Part shown: positions 18,515 to 28,034 of the stretch, in pieces
How the letters are laid out: each line of letters opens with the position of its first letter
Position numbering within the stretch: the stretch's first letter is position 1
Origin: an uncultured Campylobacter sp.
Lineage (GTDB): Bacteria; Campylobacterota; Campylobacteria; Campylobacterales; Campylobacteraceae
DNA: 49,406 bases
Direction of reading: 5' to 3'
Assembly (NCBI GenBank): GCA_963523845.1
Contig: CAURFS010000001.1
Coordinates: forward strand, 1 to 49,406
Made by a program: the position numbers and the translations under genes
Notes under the pieces: generated by a model
What the model saw: the letters and a program-made list of their open reading frames with translations, nothing else
What the model was told of the DNA's origin: nothing
The model's database searches: none

Positions 18515-19174
18515 TTAAAATCCCGCTTGTTTTAGAAGCTCCGCGCCGATCTCTACGTCGCTTACCTCCTCGCCTTTTTTCATCCTATCAAACGCTCCGA
18601 GTTCTCCGCCCGATTTGTTCGTATCAATGATCTCGTCAGGTTTTTGCGTAGGCGTTGCGATTTTTATCATTGCGTTGGCTACCGCTTTCCAGCCGTCGTA
18701 GTTTTCGCCTAGCAGCGACAAAAAGCCGTTTTGTTCCGCCCATTTTCCCATCTCCTCGGGTTTAATGGTCGGATAATCCTTGCTAAATTGGTCTAAATTT
18801 TTATCAAAAACCGCTCGTTTGCGCGCCGCCTCTTGCGCCTGAGCTTGCGCTTCTTGAAGCTGTCTGATCTGCTCTTGCATCTGAGGCATTCCCTGCAAGC
18901 CCATACTATCTAGGAGCGCTTGCTGCTCGGGCGGAAGCTGCGCCGCTTTTGCCTGCTCCGCCGCTTTGGCTTTCTCCGCCTCTTGTGCCGCCTTTTGCTC
19001 CTCTATGCCTTGCATAGCGCTTGCTATCATATTTTGCAGATTTTCCTGCGTGATTTGTGGATGTTCTGTTTGCTGCGCCTCTGCAGGCTCTGATCCCTGC
19101 GGCTCTACCTGCTCTTGCGCCTCGCTAGCCTCTAGTTCGCCTACTAATGCGTTGATTGCGTCTTGCTCCGTCAT
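18515..19174 (-). CDS. Probable capsid scaffolding protein
   Basis: 219 aa, acidic E/Q/A-rich coiled coil downstream of portal. Confidence 0.65.
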   Translation of the reverse strand: MTEQDAINALVGELEASEAQEQVEPQGSEPAEAQQTEHPQITQENLQNMIASAMQGIEEQKAAQEAEKAKAAEQAKAAQLPPEQQALLDSMGLQGMPQMQEQIRQLQEAQAQAQEAARKRAVFDKNLDQFSKDYPTIKPEEMGKWAEQNGFLSLLGENYDGWKAVANAMIKIATPTQKPDEIIDTNKSGGELGAFDRMKKGEEVSDVEIGAELLKQAGF

Positions 19175-19176
19175 CT

Positions 19177-19428
19177 CTATTCTCCTTTATAGTTTTCAAA
19201 AAATTCAAAGAAGCCCTCTATCAGCTTCACCTTGTCAATCGCTCGCAGGCGGCTTTCGTCGCTTGCATTCTCGTCTTGCGCCGCGATCAGATATTCTTCG
19301 TATTTGATACTTAGCAAAACGATAAATTTCCTCACGGCGTCATTGCCTAAAATCGGCTCAAGCTCTTTATTTGACGTCAAATTTGAAATAGTGGCGTCAA
19401 AAACCTTTTTTTGCGTGTTAGAAAGCAT
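19177..19428 (-). CDS. Small phage head-module protein
   Basis: 83 aa between portal and scaffold, GGAGG RBS. Confidence 0.7.
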   Translation of the reverse strand: MLSNTQKKVFDATISNLTSNKELEPILGNDAVRKFIVLLSIKYEEYLIAAQDENASDESRLRAIDKVKLIEGFFEFFENYKGE

Positions 19429-20968
19429 TGCTTCCTCCTTGCATTGGATTTATATCGGGCGGTATCTGCGGCGGCAAAATCATCTGCTCCAGCTTGCTCT
19501 GCTCGCCGATAAACTCGCTTGCATTTTTGATACCGTATAGCGGCAGAAGCTCCAAAAGAAGCTTTTTGCTCGCCTCTTTCATCGCAGCAGCTCCCGCCTG
19601 ATCTCCTATCTGCAAGCACATTCCAAACTGCGCGCCGATCATCTTTGCCGCGTCCATCAGGGATTGCTTTTGCACCTCCTTATTCAGCGCTCCGATGCCC
19701 GTGTTTAAATTTACTTTGAAGCTCGGCACCTCGCCGCGTCCAAAGCCTGCGAAAAAGATCGGATCGGCGTATTTCCACACCAAAAACGCAAGCCGCTCAA
19801 ATATCGGCTCAAAAAAGGTCTCGTTGAATGTGCGGATATAGCCCTGAAGCCTCACGCTGCCCTCATTCGCCATTATGCTTGCCATCGTGGCGGTCTCTTT
19901 TCGCACGGTCGTCGCGCCGTTTTGTTGAGGCGATACGCCGCTAACTTCGCTCATCTCGTTTTCTATGACCTGAAGCGCAGCCATCGCTCCGCCTATGTCG
20001 CCCGCGGGCAAAACCTGCACGGCGCTTGGTTGATCTGCGTATATCGGCGTGCCTACGCTCTCAAGCTCGCCCCTCTCTACCATTGAAGCCTTGCCCAATA
20101 TGATTTTCGGCGCGACCTGCTGGCGAATGACGTCGGTGATCGAGTTTCTATTCACATTGAGCTCGTTTTGTAGCGGCAGCATAGACATCAGCGCGGGCTC
20201 TCCGTAGGCGCTGACATAAGTCTCCTCGTCCGTGCATCTGATCTGCGGCAGCATATAGCCCACTATGAAAGGCTGTCCGTCTCGCAGCTCTATTAGATCG
20301 CGCAAAAGCTCGTTTTCGTAGAGGCTAGAAACATACCATTTGCCTCCGCGCAGCTCGTAAATTTCATAAATTTCGATCCGCTCGTAGGGTTTTTTGTTCT
20401 CGAAAGCCTCTTTGTTCTCTATTTTGAAAACGCCCCTTTTGCCGTAGCTCAAAATATCCTCGCTGCTAAGATAGATGCGATGCACCAGATAGGATATGTC
20501 ATTCAGCCCGCGCGCGCCCGGATCGAAATATAGATCTTGCAGGCTCACTTCGTCTATCATTGCGCGATCTTTGCTCCAATACACCTTGACCGCGCAGCTT
20601 GCCGAAAAAGGCGCGCGTAAGAATATCGGCGCAAAGGTTTTGTATAGATTAATGCTCTCCGCGTAATGATCGATTGCGGCTTGCCATTTGTCTATCACGT
20701 CGTCCGAAGAGTTGATATAGGGCTCCAGCTTTGCGAATTTGTCGTTATTGAAGTAGGTTTCGGTTAGTCCGTCGTAAATTCTTTTCGCCTTTGAATTGAG
20801 CTTTGGGATATAGTTTTTGCTTTTGTTGCGCTTTTGCAGGCTTTCTGCGAGCTCGGGGCGCAAGATCAGCAGATACGCCTCCTCTAAATCTTTGAAACCT
20901 TGCTTGTAGTGTTCGTAGCCGTCCATCGCCGCAGTTTTGAGTTCCTGCAGATACGCCGTCCTATCCAT
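19418..20968 (-). CDS. Portal protein
   Basis: 516 aa after terL; SEVSGVS..QNG..ETAT motif of P22/SU10-like portals. Confidence 0.85.
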   Translation of the reverse strand: MDRTAYLQELKTAAMDGYEHYKQGFKDLEEAYLLILRPELAESLQKRNKSKNYIPKLNSKAKRIYDGLTETYFNNDKFAKLEPYINSSDDVIDKWQAAIDHYAESINLYKTFAPIFLRAPFSASCAVKVYWSKDRAMIDEVSLQDLYFDPGARGLNDISYLVHRIYLSSEDILSYGKRGVFKIENKEAFENKKPYERIEIYEIYELRGGKWYVSSLYENELLRDLIELRDGQPFIVGYMLPQIRCTDEETYVSAYGEPALMSMLPLQNELNVNRNSITDVIRQQVAPKIILGKASMVERGELESVGTPIYADQPSAVQVLPAGDIGGAMAALQVIENEMSEVSGVSPQQNGATTVRKETATMASIMANEGSVRLQGYIRTFNETFFEPIFERLAFLVWKYADPIFFAGFGRGEVPSFKVNLNTGIGALNKEVQKQSLMDAAKMIGAQFGMCLQIGDQAGAAAMKEASKKLLLELLPLYGIKNASEFIGEQSKLEQMILPPQIPPDINPMQGGSNAF

Positions 20969-21272
20969 TGATGATCCTTTTCATTTTGTAGTATGTGCTT
21001 TTTGAAACTCCCGTAAGCTCGCGCACCCTTTTAAATTTCGCTCCGTCTCTCACAAGCTCCGCGGCGAGCCTGATTTTGTGAATTTTCGTCGGCATCTGCT
21101 TCATTCCGCTAGCCAGATCGCAGATCATCACGAATATGCCGAGCCGCAAAGCCCGATCGTCCAGCCTCGCCAAATTCCGCACGAGCGTGGGCGAAATTTT
21201 TTCAAAAATATAATCTGTTTTGAGTGCATTTTCTACCCATAGCTCGCACTTTTCACCATGCGTAGTCGTCAT
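20961..21272 (-). CDS. Protein with C-terminal HTH
   Basis: RVRELTGVSKSTYYKM HTH-like motif; start reset to 21272. Confidence 0.65.
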   Translation of the reverse strand: MTTTHGEKCELWVENALKTDYIFEKISPTLVRNLARLDDRALRLGIFVMICDLASGMKQMPTKIHKIRLAAELVRDGAKFKRVRELTGVSKSTYYKMKRIING

Positions 21273-22548
21273 ATCTTTGATCCTTTCTTTGCGGTAGTAT
21301 CGGGCAAAGATCAAAAAAACTCATTGCCAGCGCATCGGCGCGATCGGGGCTGCGTCCATACTCTTTTTTGATGCTTTCTTTCGGCATCAGCAGATACCGC
21401 TCCTTTTTGTCGAAAAAGAACGAGACCGTCTGCAGCTGCCTTTTGAGCTCCTCGTCGGGCGCGATCGCAAGCAGCGGGAACTTTTCGCGCAGATTGAAAT
21501 ACATCTCGGCTCTTTTGTTCGCATATTTGCGCTCATCGCTTGCCTTGAAGCTACCTTTTGCCTCTCGCACGATGCCGCGCAGCCCTAGATCGCATAGCGT
21601 ATCAAATACCCCCGCGCCAACTCCGATCGTATCGATGTATATTGCATGAGGCTTGAGATCGGTTCTCTCATACTCGCCGTAAATTTCGCGCGCTAGCTCG
21701 CTCGTGCTGGCTATGCGGTAGGGCTTGAGAGCTTCTACGCTATCGCCCTGCCTTTTGCAAAGCACGCTTTCGTCGTCTCCCTCTCTGGCTACGTCCAGAG
21801 CCCAGATCACGGACGCGCTTGCGTCGAAATACCTCTGCTTGCGAAATGCCGCCTCGATCGTGGAAAGAGAAAACACGGAATTCGACGTCGTATCCAAAAA
21901 CTCCCCGAAAATCTCCTGTCTCGCCACGTCGCTATCCGCTCCGCCCAGCTCTGCGACGAGACGATCGATCTCCTCTTTTTGCAAAAGCGGATTGTCGTAG
22001 CTAGAAAACTGAAAATTCCGCCAACCTTTTTCGTTTCTCATTCCGCGCTGCGCTAGATCGAAAAATTTGTTCTTTCCTTTCGGCACTCCGCCGATGAATG
22101 CGCGAGAGTTCGGATTGTCAAGCAGCATAGGAGAGATCGCATTATCCCATAGGTAGGGGTCTTTTAAAATTATGCCCGCCTCGTTGAGGATGACCGTGTC
22201 ATATCCGAAACCCTCGATATTTTCGGGGCGTTCTGCGGAGCGAAAATCAAGATAGCCTTCGCCGATTTTAAGCTGCTTATCCTGCGCGTTCCAGCTCCAC
22301 AGCTCTTTTGGCAACTGCCGCAGCTCGGGGAGGAAATACCGCTCGAAATATCTTTTCAAATTTGCCGCTATCGTATCTACCCAGAGTATCTTTTGCCCCT
22401 CAAGCAGCCACTCGATGCAAGCGTTCGCCGTGCCTTTGGTGAAGCCGAAACGTCTGCCCTTTTCGATGGTGCAGAAGCGCGCGTCGTTTTGGAAAAATAC
22501 CGCCTTTTGCTGCGGCGTATAACGCAGATCAAGGGCTAGCTCACTCAT
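21253..22548 (-). CDS. terL: Terminase large subunit
   Basis: KGRRFGFT Walker A variant, ILNEAG Walker B, ALDVAREGDD nuclease motif, SPDRADAL. Confidence 0.93.
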   Translation of the reverse strand: MSELALDLRYTPQQKAVFFQNDARFCTIEKGRRFGFTKGTANACIEWLLEGQKILWVDTIAANLKRYFERYFLPELRQLPKELWSWNAQDKQLKIGEGYLDFRSAERPENIEGFGYDTVILNEAGIILKDPYLWDNAISPMLLDNPNSRAFIGGVPKGKNKFFDLAQRGMRNEKGWRNFQFSSYDNPLLQKEEIDRLVAELGGADSDVARQEIFGEFLDTTSNSVFSLSTIEAAFRKQRYFDASASVIWALDVAREGDDESVLCKRQGDSVEALKPYRIASTSELAREIYGEYERTDLKPHAIYIDTIGVGAGVFDTLCDLGLRGIVREAKGSFKASDERKYANKRAEMYFNLREKFPLLAIAPDEELKRQLQTVSFFFDKKERYLLMPKESIKKEYGRSPDRADALAMSFFDLCPILPQRKDQRYDDYAW

Positions 22549-23077
22549 CGTTCGCCCCTATCTCGCGCCTAGTGATCTGAATTTTCGTCTGCTGCGCGTT
22601 TGTGTTTTGAATTAGGGTTTGAGCCGTGCGAGGATTTACGCCTAGCGTTAGACTTGCCTTATCTATCGCGTCCTGCAAGGCTTTATAATCGTTCGCGTTT
22701 AGCTCCACCGGCTCGAAGTTTTGCACTCCGTCGCCTACGCCTACCTTTTCGTGCTTGGTGTTTTTGTTTAGCATTTCCGTGATCTTTACCAGGTTTTTTT
22801 GAGTGGCGTTGAAAATCAGCCCCCTGTTATACGCCTCGTCTTTAGCGGCGTTCATTATTGCGTTCATCTGTTCATTTGGGAGCGTTTGCCTCGCCGTAAT
22901 CATCGTTACTTCGGCTTCTACATAGCGTTCATTTTCAGGCGCCAAATCCCTGGTCAATTTGTTTGCGGTTCCTAGCGAAATATTATATTTTTTCACCAGG
23001 TCGCGTTGTGAAAATTTGCCCGTAAGATAGTCTGCTATTACTTGCTTTTTTGTTTCGTCCGTGATCTTTGCCATCAA
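22541..23077 (-). CDS. Terminase small subunit
   Basis: N-terminal HTH, directly upstream of terL. Confidence 0.7.
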   Translation of the reverse strand: MMAKITDETKKQVIADYLTGKFSQRDLVKKYNISLGTANKLTRDLAPENERYVEAEVTMITARQTLPNEQMNAIMNAAKDEAYNRGLIFNATQKNLVKITEMLNKNTKHEKVGVGDGVQNFEPVELNANDYKALQDAIDKASLTLGVNPRTAQTLIQNTNAQQTKIQITRREIGANDE

Positions 23078-23424
23078 CTCTCCTTAAATTCCCCGTCTAT
23101 CTCGCCGTTTGCGATCAGTTTTTTCAACATCTTGGCTTTGATCTTGTATTCGGGCGTGCGGTAGCCTTTGACGTCCTCGATGATGAGCCCGTCCGCTTCA
23201 TAGACGAAATCGGCGATATACTCTATCGCGCGTATTTTGCGCCCCTCATACGAAAACCCCTCTTGCAGGGTAAATTTCACCTGCCGCCTAAGGTTTTTTA
23301 TCTTGCCCGCTCTTTGTAGCAGCTCTAGCTCCGCCGCCCGTTTTGCTTCTTTAGCGCTATCGTATATCGCGCCTTTGTAGGCGGTCTTTTTAGCCTTGTA
23401 TTTGGAAATTCGCCCAATTCTCAT
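23074..23424 (-). CDS. DUF1064-family nuclease-like protein
   Basis: SKYKAKK, YDSAKEA, YIADFVY and EDVKG motifs. Confidence 0.85.
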   Translation of the reverse strand: MRIGRISKYKAKKTAYKGAIYDSAKEAKRAAELELLQRAGKIKNLRRQVKFTLQEGFSYEGRKIRAIEYIADFVYEADGLIIEDVKGYRTPEYKIKAKMLKKLIANGEIDGEFKES

Positions 23425-23653
23425 CCGCCAGCCTCTCGTATTTTTCTATGCTTTCGTGTTTGTGCGCGTGGCACCACTGATGGCAAACTCTACATACCGC
23501 GATCAATTTGTGATCGTCTTTGTCTGCTCCGTAACGTCCAAATTTCACGTGATGCGGCTCAACGCTCGGAGCTTTACCGCATATTTGGCAAACGGGGTAT
23601 TCGTATGCTAGGAATTGCCTAAATTTTATGTTTTCGGCTTTAGGTAGCTTCAA
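23390..23653 (-). CDS. Small HNH-like/zinc-binding nuclease
   Basis: CQICG..HH..CRVCH pattern. Confidence 0.7.
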   Translation of the reverse strand: MKLPKAENIKFRQFLAYEYPVCQICGKAPSVEPHHVKFGRYGADKDDHKLIAVCRVCHQWCHAHKHESIEKYERLADENWANFQIQG

Positions 23654-23814
23654 AACAACCTCCCTTTCTCGCCTTTTACTCTTAGCTCGCCGTCAGATAG
23701 TCTTTTACGCTCTCGCCCGCCTGCGACGAATATTACGACTTCGCCGCTTTCAAAATCGACCAAAAGCACGTCGTAAAAATTTCCTCTATCGTTTGGTTTG
23801 AATTCTAATTTCAT
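23650..23814 (-). CDS. Small phage protein (54 aa, not in ORF track)
   Basis: MKLEFKPNDRG..., overlaps neighbouring start/stop codons. Confidence 0.6.
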   Translation of the reverse strand: MKLEFKPNDRGNFYDVLLVDFESGEVVIFVAGGRERKRLSDGELRVKGEKGRLF

Positions 23815-24752
23815 ATTGCCGATCCTAAATAGCTTTGCGCCGTTTTTATGATTGCTCGTGGGAATTCCTCAAAGTTCATATTCTCAAATTTGCTTACCAT
23901 TTTTGAGAATTCAAGTTCCTTTTTCATATTTGAGATAAATGCTTCCCTGGCTTGCATTTCGGTTTCTATGGGGTCAAAAGGGGGCTTTGCTTCCTCTTTT
24001 TGGACATACGCACTTACGCTCAAATTATAGTCGTTGTCTCTAATCTCATCAAATCCTACTGTGCGACTTAAGCCTAAGCCTTTGTCTTGAAAAACTATAT
24101 CGGTGCACGTCTTGCCCTTTTTAAAAACTATGATACAAGTAGCTATACTAGTGTCATCAAAATATCCGCCCGGTATTGATATAACCTCACTTATAAGATT
24201 TTGTTCAATTAGGGTTTTTCTTATCTTTCCCTCTTTATTGCCACGGTATAACACCCCCGGGAAGTTGATTGTTGCAGCACAGCCCCCGTCTGCCAAACAA
24301 TAAAGTATATGTAAGATAAATGCGTAGTCAGCTTTGCTTTTTGGCGGCAAATCATATCCTGTAAATCTATCGTCGAAAAATACGTCCTGTGGCCGCCACT
24401 CTATGCTAAAGGGAGGGTTTGCTACGATGGCTTTAAACTTTTTTCCTAAGAATGCGGGCTCCTTTAGTGTATCGCCGACTACTCCAATAAAATTTATAAG
24501 TATTTGCCTGGCTACGTTGACTTCTAGCTCATTTATATCTTGCCCATATTTGGCTATTTCGTCTCCGAATACACCGAGCAGCGCCCCGCGTCCGCAGGTC
24601 GGGTCATAAACCTCTTTTATCTCGCCTACCTCTTTTTCAACTATCTCTTTAAGCATCCTACTAAGCTCTGAGGGAGTATAAAAGATGCCATTTGCCTTAA
24701 AATGCTCCCTAACAGCTTTTACGCTGTAGTTAGAAATATTTTTTTCTATCAT
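23811..24752 (-). CDS. N6-adenine DNA methyltransferase, HsdM-like, orphan
   Basis: FYTP, YDPTCGRG, YGQDIN and VANPPF motifs. Confidence 0.9.
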   Translation of the reverse strand: MIEKNISNYSVKAVREHFKANGIFYTPSELSRMLKEIVEKEVGEIKEVYDPTCGRGALLGVFGDEIAKYGQDINELEVNVARQILINFIGVVGDTLKEPAFLGKKFKAIVANPPFSIEWRPQDVFFDDRFTGYDLPPKSKADYAFILHILYCLADGGCAATINFPGVLYRGNKEGKIRKTLIEQNLISEVISIPGGYFDDTSIATCIIVFKKGKTCTDIVFQDKGLGLSRTVGFDEIRDNDYNLSVSAYVQKEEAKPPFDPIETEMQAREAFISNMKKELEFSKMVSKFENMNFEEFPRAIIKTAQSYLGSAI

Positions 24753-24922
24753 ACTGCCGCCTTATTTATCCTAGCTAGTAACCCGCTACCGCCGAAAAGG
24801 TCTAAATAGATCGCGTCATCGGGAAATTCGCCCAAAACCTCGGCAAATTTTTTCGCGAAATTGCGCTTCTGTCCTTGAAAAGGCAAAGGCGCGGAAGTGT
24901 AGTAGTCAAAAAAGCCTAGCAT
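24749..24922 (-). pseudogene. Truncated N-terminus of a Dam-like phage adenine methylase (57 aa)
   Basis: YTSAPLPFQGQKR and YLDLFGGSGLL (SAM-binding motif I), then a stop. Confidence 0.75.
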
Positions 24923-25611
24923 ACCGACCTCACCCTTGCTTTTTCAAGTAGCTTTATAAAGCCCTCGGAGTTCGCGGGCGTTTGTTTGTTTTCTAGCTTC
25001 GGCACGCTCTTGTTTTCGAGCTTCGCCGCTTCTCTGTCCTGAAAAATTTGCTCTACGGTTTTCTCGCCGCTCTCTATAGCCGCCATTTCTAGCAGTGAAA
25101 CGTTTTTATTCTCGCCTATGAGATGCACCCCCTCGCTTTTGCAGCCCGAAAGCTCGGCTACTCCTCTTAGGCGCGTCCTTGCTAGCTCTTTGCCGGCATA
25201 GGCTTTGTATGCGCTTAGAAACTCTTTTTTGACCCACACTAGCTCGTCTAATCCGCAGTTGTTGATCTTGTCCCAACCTCCCACTATGTGACTTACGGCA
25301 CGATTGATAGCCTCATCCTCAAAGCTCACGCTGCGGTATGGCCCGTATTTGACACAAGCGTTCATCGCTTCATCCCAAGCCTCTACCGCTCGCTCTTCCA
25401 AGCTACCCTCTATCGCCTCTACAAATTCGGCGATTTTCGGCATTGAGGGATAGACGCGGGTGGTCGTGATCTTTCTGCAAGCCTTTTTAAAATCCTCGAT
25501 GTCGTAGTGCTCTAGGCTTTCGAAATACAGCCTTGTTATGCCCTCTCCAAATTTCCCGCCGTAGTATTCGCACATGACCGAAAAACACGGCATAAACTCC
25601 TTAAATTCCAT
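24916..25611 (-). CDS. Replication accessory protein (DUF6475-like / loader-type)
   Basis: Follows initiator; MPKIAEF, AVEAW, GPYRSVSFED and GGW motifs. Confidence 0.7.
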   Translation of the reverse strand: MEFKEFMPCFSVMCEYYGGKFGEGITRLYFESLEHYDIEDFKKACRKITTTRVYPSMPKIAEFVEAIEGSLEERAVEAWDEAMNACVKYGPYRSVSFEDEAINRAVSHIVGGWDKINNCGLDELVWVKKEFLSAYKAYAGKELARTRLRGVAELSGCKSEGVHLIGENKNVSLLEMAAIESGEKTVEQIFQDREAAKLENKSVPKLENKQTPANSEGFIKLLEKARVRSVC

Positions 25612-25612
25612 C

Positions 25613-26443
25613 CTATCGCCCCTGCCTTTCGTAGTATTCATAAAGCCCTGTAGCGTTTGCCATCGTGACTTGTCCCGCTTCGCTCACTTGTGATAGCGGT
25701 AGCCCCATTGAGCCTACCTCCTGCCCGTCAGAACCAACTTTACGCCGCAGAAATTGGCTTTCGTTTTTCGCCCAGTTCCTCACCGCGGCTTTCCAGTCTT
25801 TCATCGGGCTTCGTCCTACTACCCAGCCTTTGGCTTCGTAGAAATCAAAAAACGCCTCTGCGTCGATATTTTTACCTGCCTCTAGGCAATACGCCTTGAT
25901 CTGCTCGATCGTAGGTTTTTGAAATTTAGGAGAACGAGGTGCTTCGTTCCGTTCGTGTGTAGCGCTTGCGCTAACACATAAGGCTTGTAATTCATAAGGC
26001 TTGTAATTTTCTTGGCTTGTATTATTCATTCGCGCGCGACCTATATATGCGTCGGAGGGATTTTTTACGCCCGCGACGGAATTTTTTCCGTTCGCGTCTT
26101 TGTTTTTTCCATCGGCAGCTTTATTTTCGCCGCTTGCGCTCTGAAATTCGGCAATCCTTTCAAACACTATGACGCGAATTTTTCTGTTTATGATAGCTGC
26201 GCCGAATTTTTCCTCCTCGGTTTCTATGTAACCGTATTTTTTGAGCTTGGTTATGCCCGTGGAGATCGTATCTTTTGATTTGTTAAGCTTTTCGGCGAGG
26301 TATTGATTGCTCGCGTAGCAATACCCCTCTTTTGCGGATAGAGACGTGATAAGGAGCAATAGCCTCAGCTCGTTTTGGATCCGCTCGTCAAAAAGCCATT
26401 GATTGAAGCAGATAGCATATCCGCCGCTTAAATTTTCGCTCAT
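25613..26443 (-). CDS. Phage replication initiator
   Basis: N-terminal wHTH (GYCYASNQYLAE), C-terminal FFDFYEAKGW..MKDWKAAVRNW. Confidence 0.85.
   Translation of the reverse strand: MSENLSGGYAICFNQWLFDERIQNELRLLLLITSLSAKEGYCYASNQYLAEKLNKSKDTISTGITKLKKYGYIETEEEKFGAAIINRKIRVIVFERIAEFQSASGENKAADGKNKDANGKNSVAGVKNPSDAYIGRARMNNTSQENYKPYELQALCVSASATHERNEAPRSPKFQKPTIEQIKAYCLEAGKNIDAEAFFDFYEAKGWVVGRSPMKDWKAAVRNWAKNESQFLRRKVGSDGQEVGSMGLPLSQVSEAGQVTMANATGLYEYYERQGR
25982..26156. repeat. Probable replication origin iterons
   Basis: GGCTTGTA x3 at 16-bp period (25982, 25998, 26014); degenerate 21-bp repeats at 26060, 26081, 26102, 26123. Confidence 0.65.
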
Positions 26444-27231
26444 ATCCTCTCTCCTTTGAAATATTCGACTATTTTTCCCGCAAGGGCTATCTGCCCTTTG
26501 CCCGTGATTTTTGTAGTGAATTTTTGATGCGTGCCGGTGCTGCCCGCAAATGTCTGCGTCGTGACCTCGAAATAGCCATTTTCTATGTGTTTTTGATAAG
26601 GCACGTTGTGGCGCGCGCCTCCGCTGATTAGATAGCCGCTAGCGCGTAGGAAGTCAAATAGTCTATTCTGTCCTATCGACACCCCCTCGCTGTCGCTTAG
26701 AAGCTTGGCATAGTTGCCGATCAGGATACTATCGACGCTAGCCTCGACCGATTTGGCAAAACTCACATAAGGCGCGTCAGCTCTCGTCTTTTGCTGCAAG
26801 AGCTCTATCTGCTGCGCTTGTTCGGCGGCTAAATAGAGCGCCTGCGAAAATGTCTGCGGGGTCTGGTATTTTTGCAGTATAAAATCGCTCGCCCAATCCC
26901 TAAAAGTTATCGTTTGCGGAGTTTCGGTGAGTTTAAAGCCTAGCGTGATAACGCCCTTTTTAGTCCAAAATACCATTTTTTGAGGCGTCGGATACACCCC
27001 GGACAAATCGGGCGGGGTGTCTGCCAAGCCCCCTTTGCCGTCGTTAAACATATCTTTGTAGTAAAAATGCACCCCCTCGACGTATTCAGTCGCGCCCTGC
27101 GTGCGCTGCTTCCTTACCGCTTCTTGGGTCACGCCGTAAGCTTGGGCTACTTGTCTATCCGATAAGCTCCAAGTATCGCGATACTCTAGCACTTCTAAAT
27201 CTACGCCGTTTAATTTTATTAGTTCTTTCAT
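26440..27231 (-). CDS. Antirepressor with KilAC (ANT) domain
   Basis: PQTFSQAL, IGQNRLFDFLR, NVPYQ and KITGKGQ motifs. Confidence 0.88.
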   Translation of the reverse strand: MKELIKLNGVDLEVLEYRDTWSLSDRQVAQAYGVTQEAVRKQRTQGATEYVEGVHFYYKDMFNDGKGGLADTPPDLSGVYPTPQKMVFWTKKGVITLGFKLTETPQTITFRDWASDFILQKYQTPQTFSQALYLAAEQAQQIELLQQKTRADAPYVSFAKSVEASVDSILIGNYAKLLSDSEGVSIGQNRLFDFLRASGYLISGGARHNVPYQKHIENGYFEVTTQTFAGSTGTHQKFTTKITGKGQIALAGKIVEYFKGERI

Positions 27232-27460
27232 CGGCCGTCCTTTTTTTTAAAATTTAAATTCTCGTTTAGGGGATGTCGCTACTACCGACATCCTTTTCCC
27301 CTCTAGTCGGCTTGCATCCTACTCTTTAATAAATCTTTAAGATTTATCATCGCTACAGTTTCAAAGGGGTAGGTATAAAATACCTTTCCCTTAAATTTAT
27401 TCATCCTAAAAGCCCCTTGCGATATAATTTATTTGCATTTCAACACAAGGAGCCATTACG

Positions 27461-27682
27461 ATGAATGACGCACGAGCCTTTAACCTAGAAAACAAGCTCT
27501 CGCGAATTTACGACGAGATAAGGCTTTCTAACCGCATTAAGCTTTTGGAGCTCATTAAAAAAGGTCTCATTAACGACGAGGTTTTAAGCCTTTTAGGCGC
27601 CGACGAGCAATGGGTACAAAAAGCCAAAGACGCTCTTGGGCGCTCGGGTGGAGCAAACACTTTTAAAATGGCGGGGTATTAA
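27461..27682 (+). CDS. Counter-oriented small moron gene
   Basis: 73 aa with own TATAAT (27423-27428) and AAGGAG RBS. Confidence 0.7.
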   Translation: MNDARAFNLENKLSRIYDEIRLSNRIKLLELIKKGLINDEVLSLLGADEQWVQKAKDALGRSGGANTFKMAGY

Positions 27683-27861
27683 TCCCCGCTTCGTTTGCAT
27701 AACTCCAGCTTAAGCTCCAGCGTTTCGACGCGACGCTTTAGATATTTAATGTCGTCCGCTTGTTCGTTTATAACTCTGACGAGCTCGTTTAATTTCGCTT
27801 TATGCTGCTTCCTGCAAAATTTTAAAAATTTTATCTCGGCCGCCTGCTTTGATTTTTTCAT
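27679..27861 (-). CDS. Small coiled-coil phage protein
   Basis: 60 aa from ATG at 27861. Confidence 0.55.
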   Translation of the reverse strand: MKKSKQAAEIKFLKFCRKQHKAKLNELVRVINEQADDIKYLKRRVETLELKLELCKRSGD

Positions 27862-28034
27862 TTTCTGCCCTTTCCTTTCTTGCATCTGATCTGCGTATCA
27901 ATTTCTTCTTCATCGTCTTTGTAATCCTCCGTAATGAAACCGATCGCGCTTGCGCCTCCGCCCAACTTATCGACCTCCTCGCGAAGCTTCTTTATCGCCC
28001 GCTTAAGCTTTTTAATCTCGCGTTTGGTTTTCAC
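27858..28034 (-). CDS. Small phage protein (58 aa, not in ORF track)
   Basis: GTG start, MKTKREIKKLK..., ATGA overlap with next gene. Confidence 0.45.
   Translation of the reverse strand: MKTKREIKKLKRAIKKLREEVDKLGGGASAIGFITEDYKDDEEEIDTQIRCKKGKGRK

Noticed and set aside
23811..24752. Type I restriction-modification system
   Set aside because: No hsdS or hsdR in the window.
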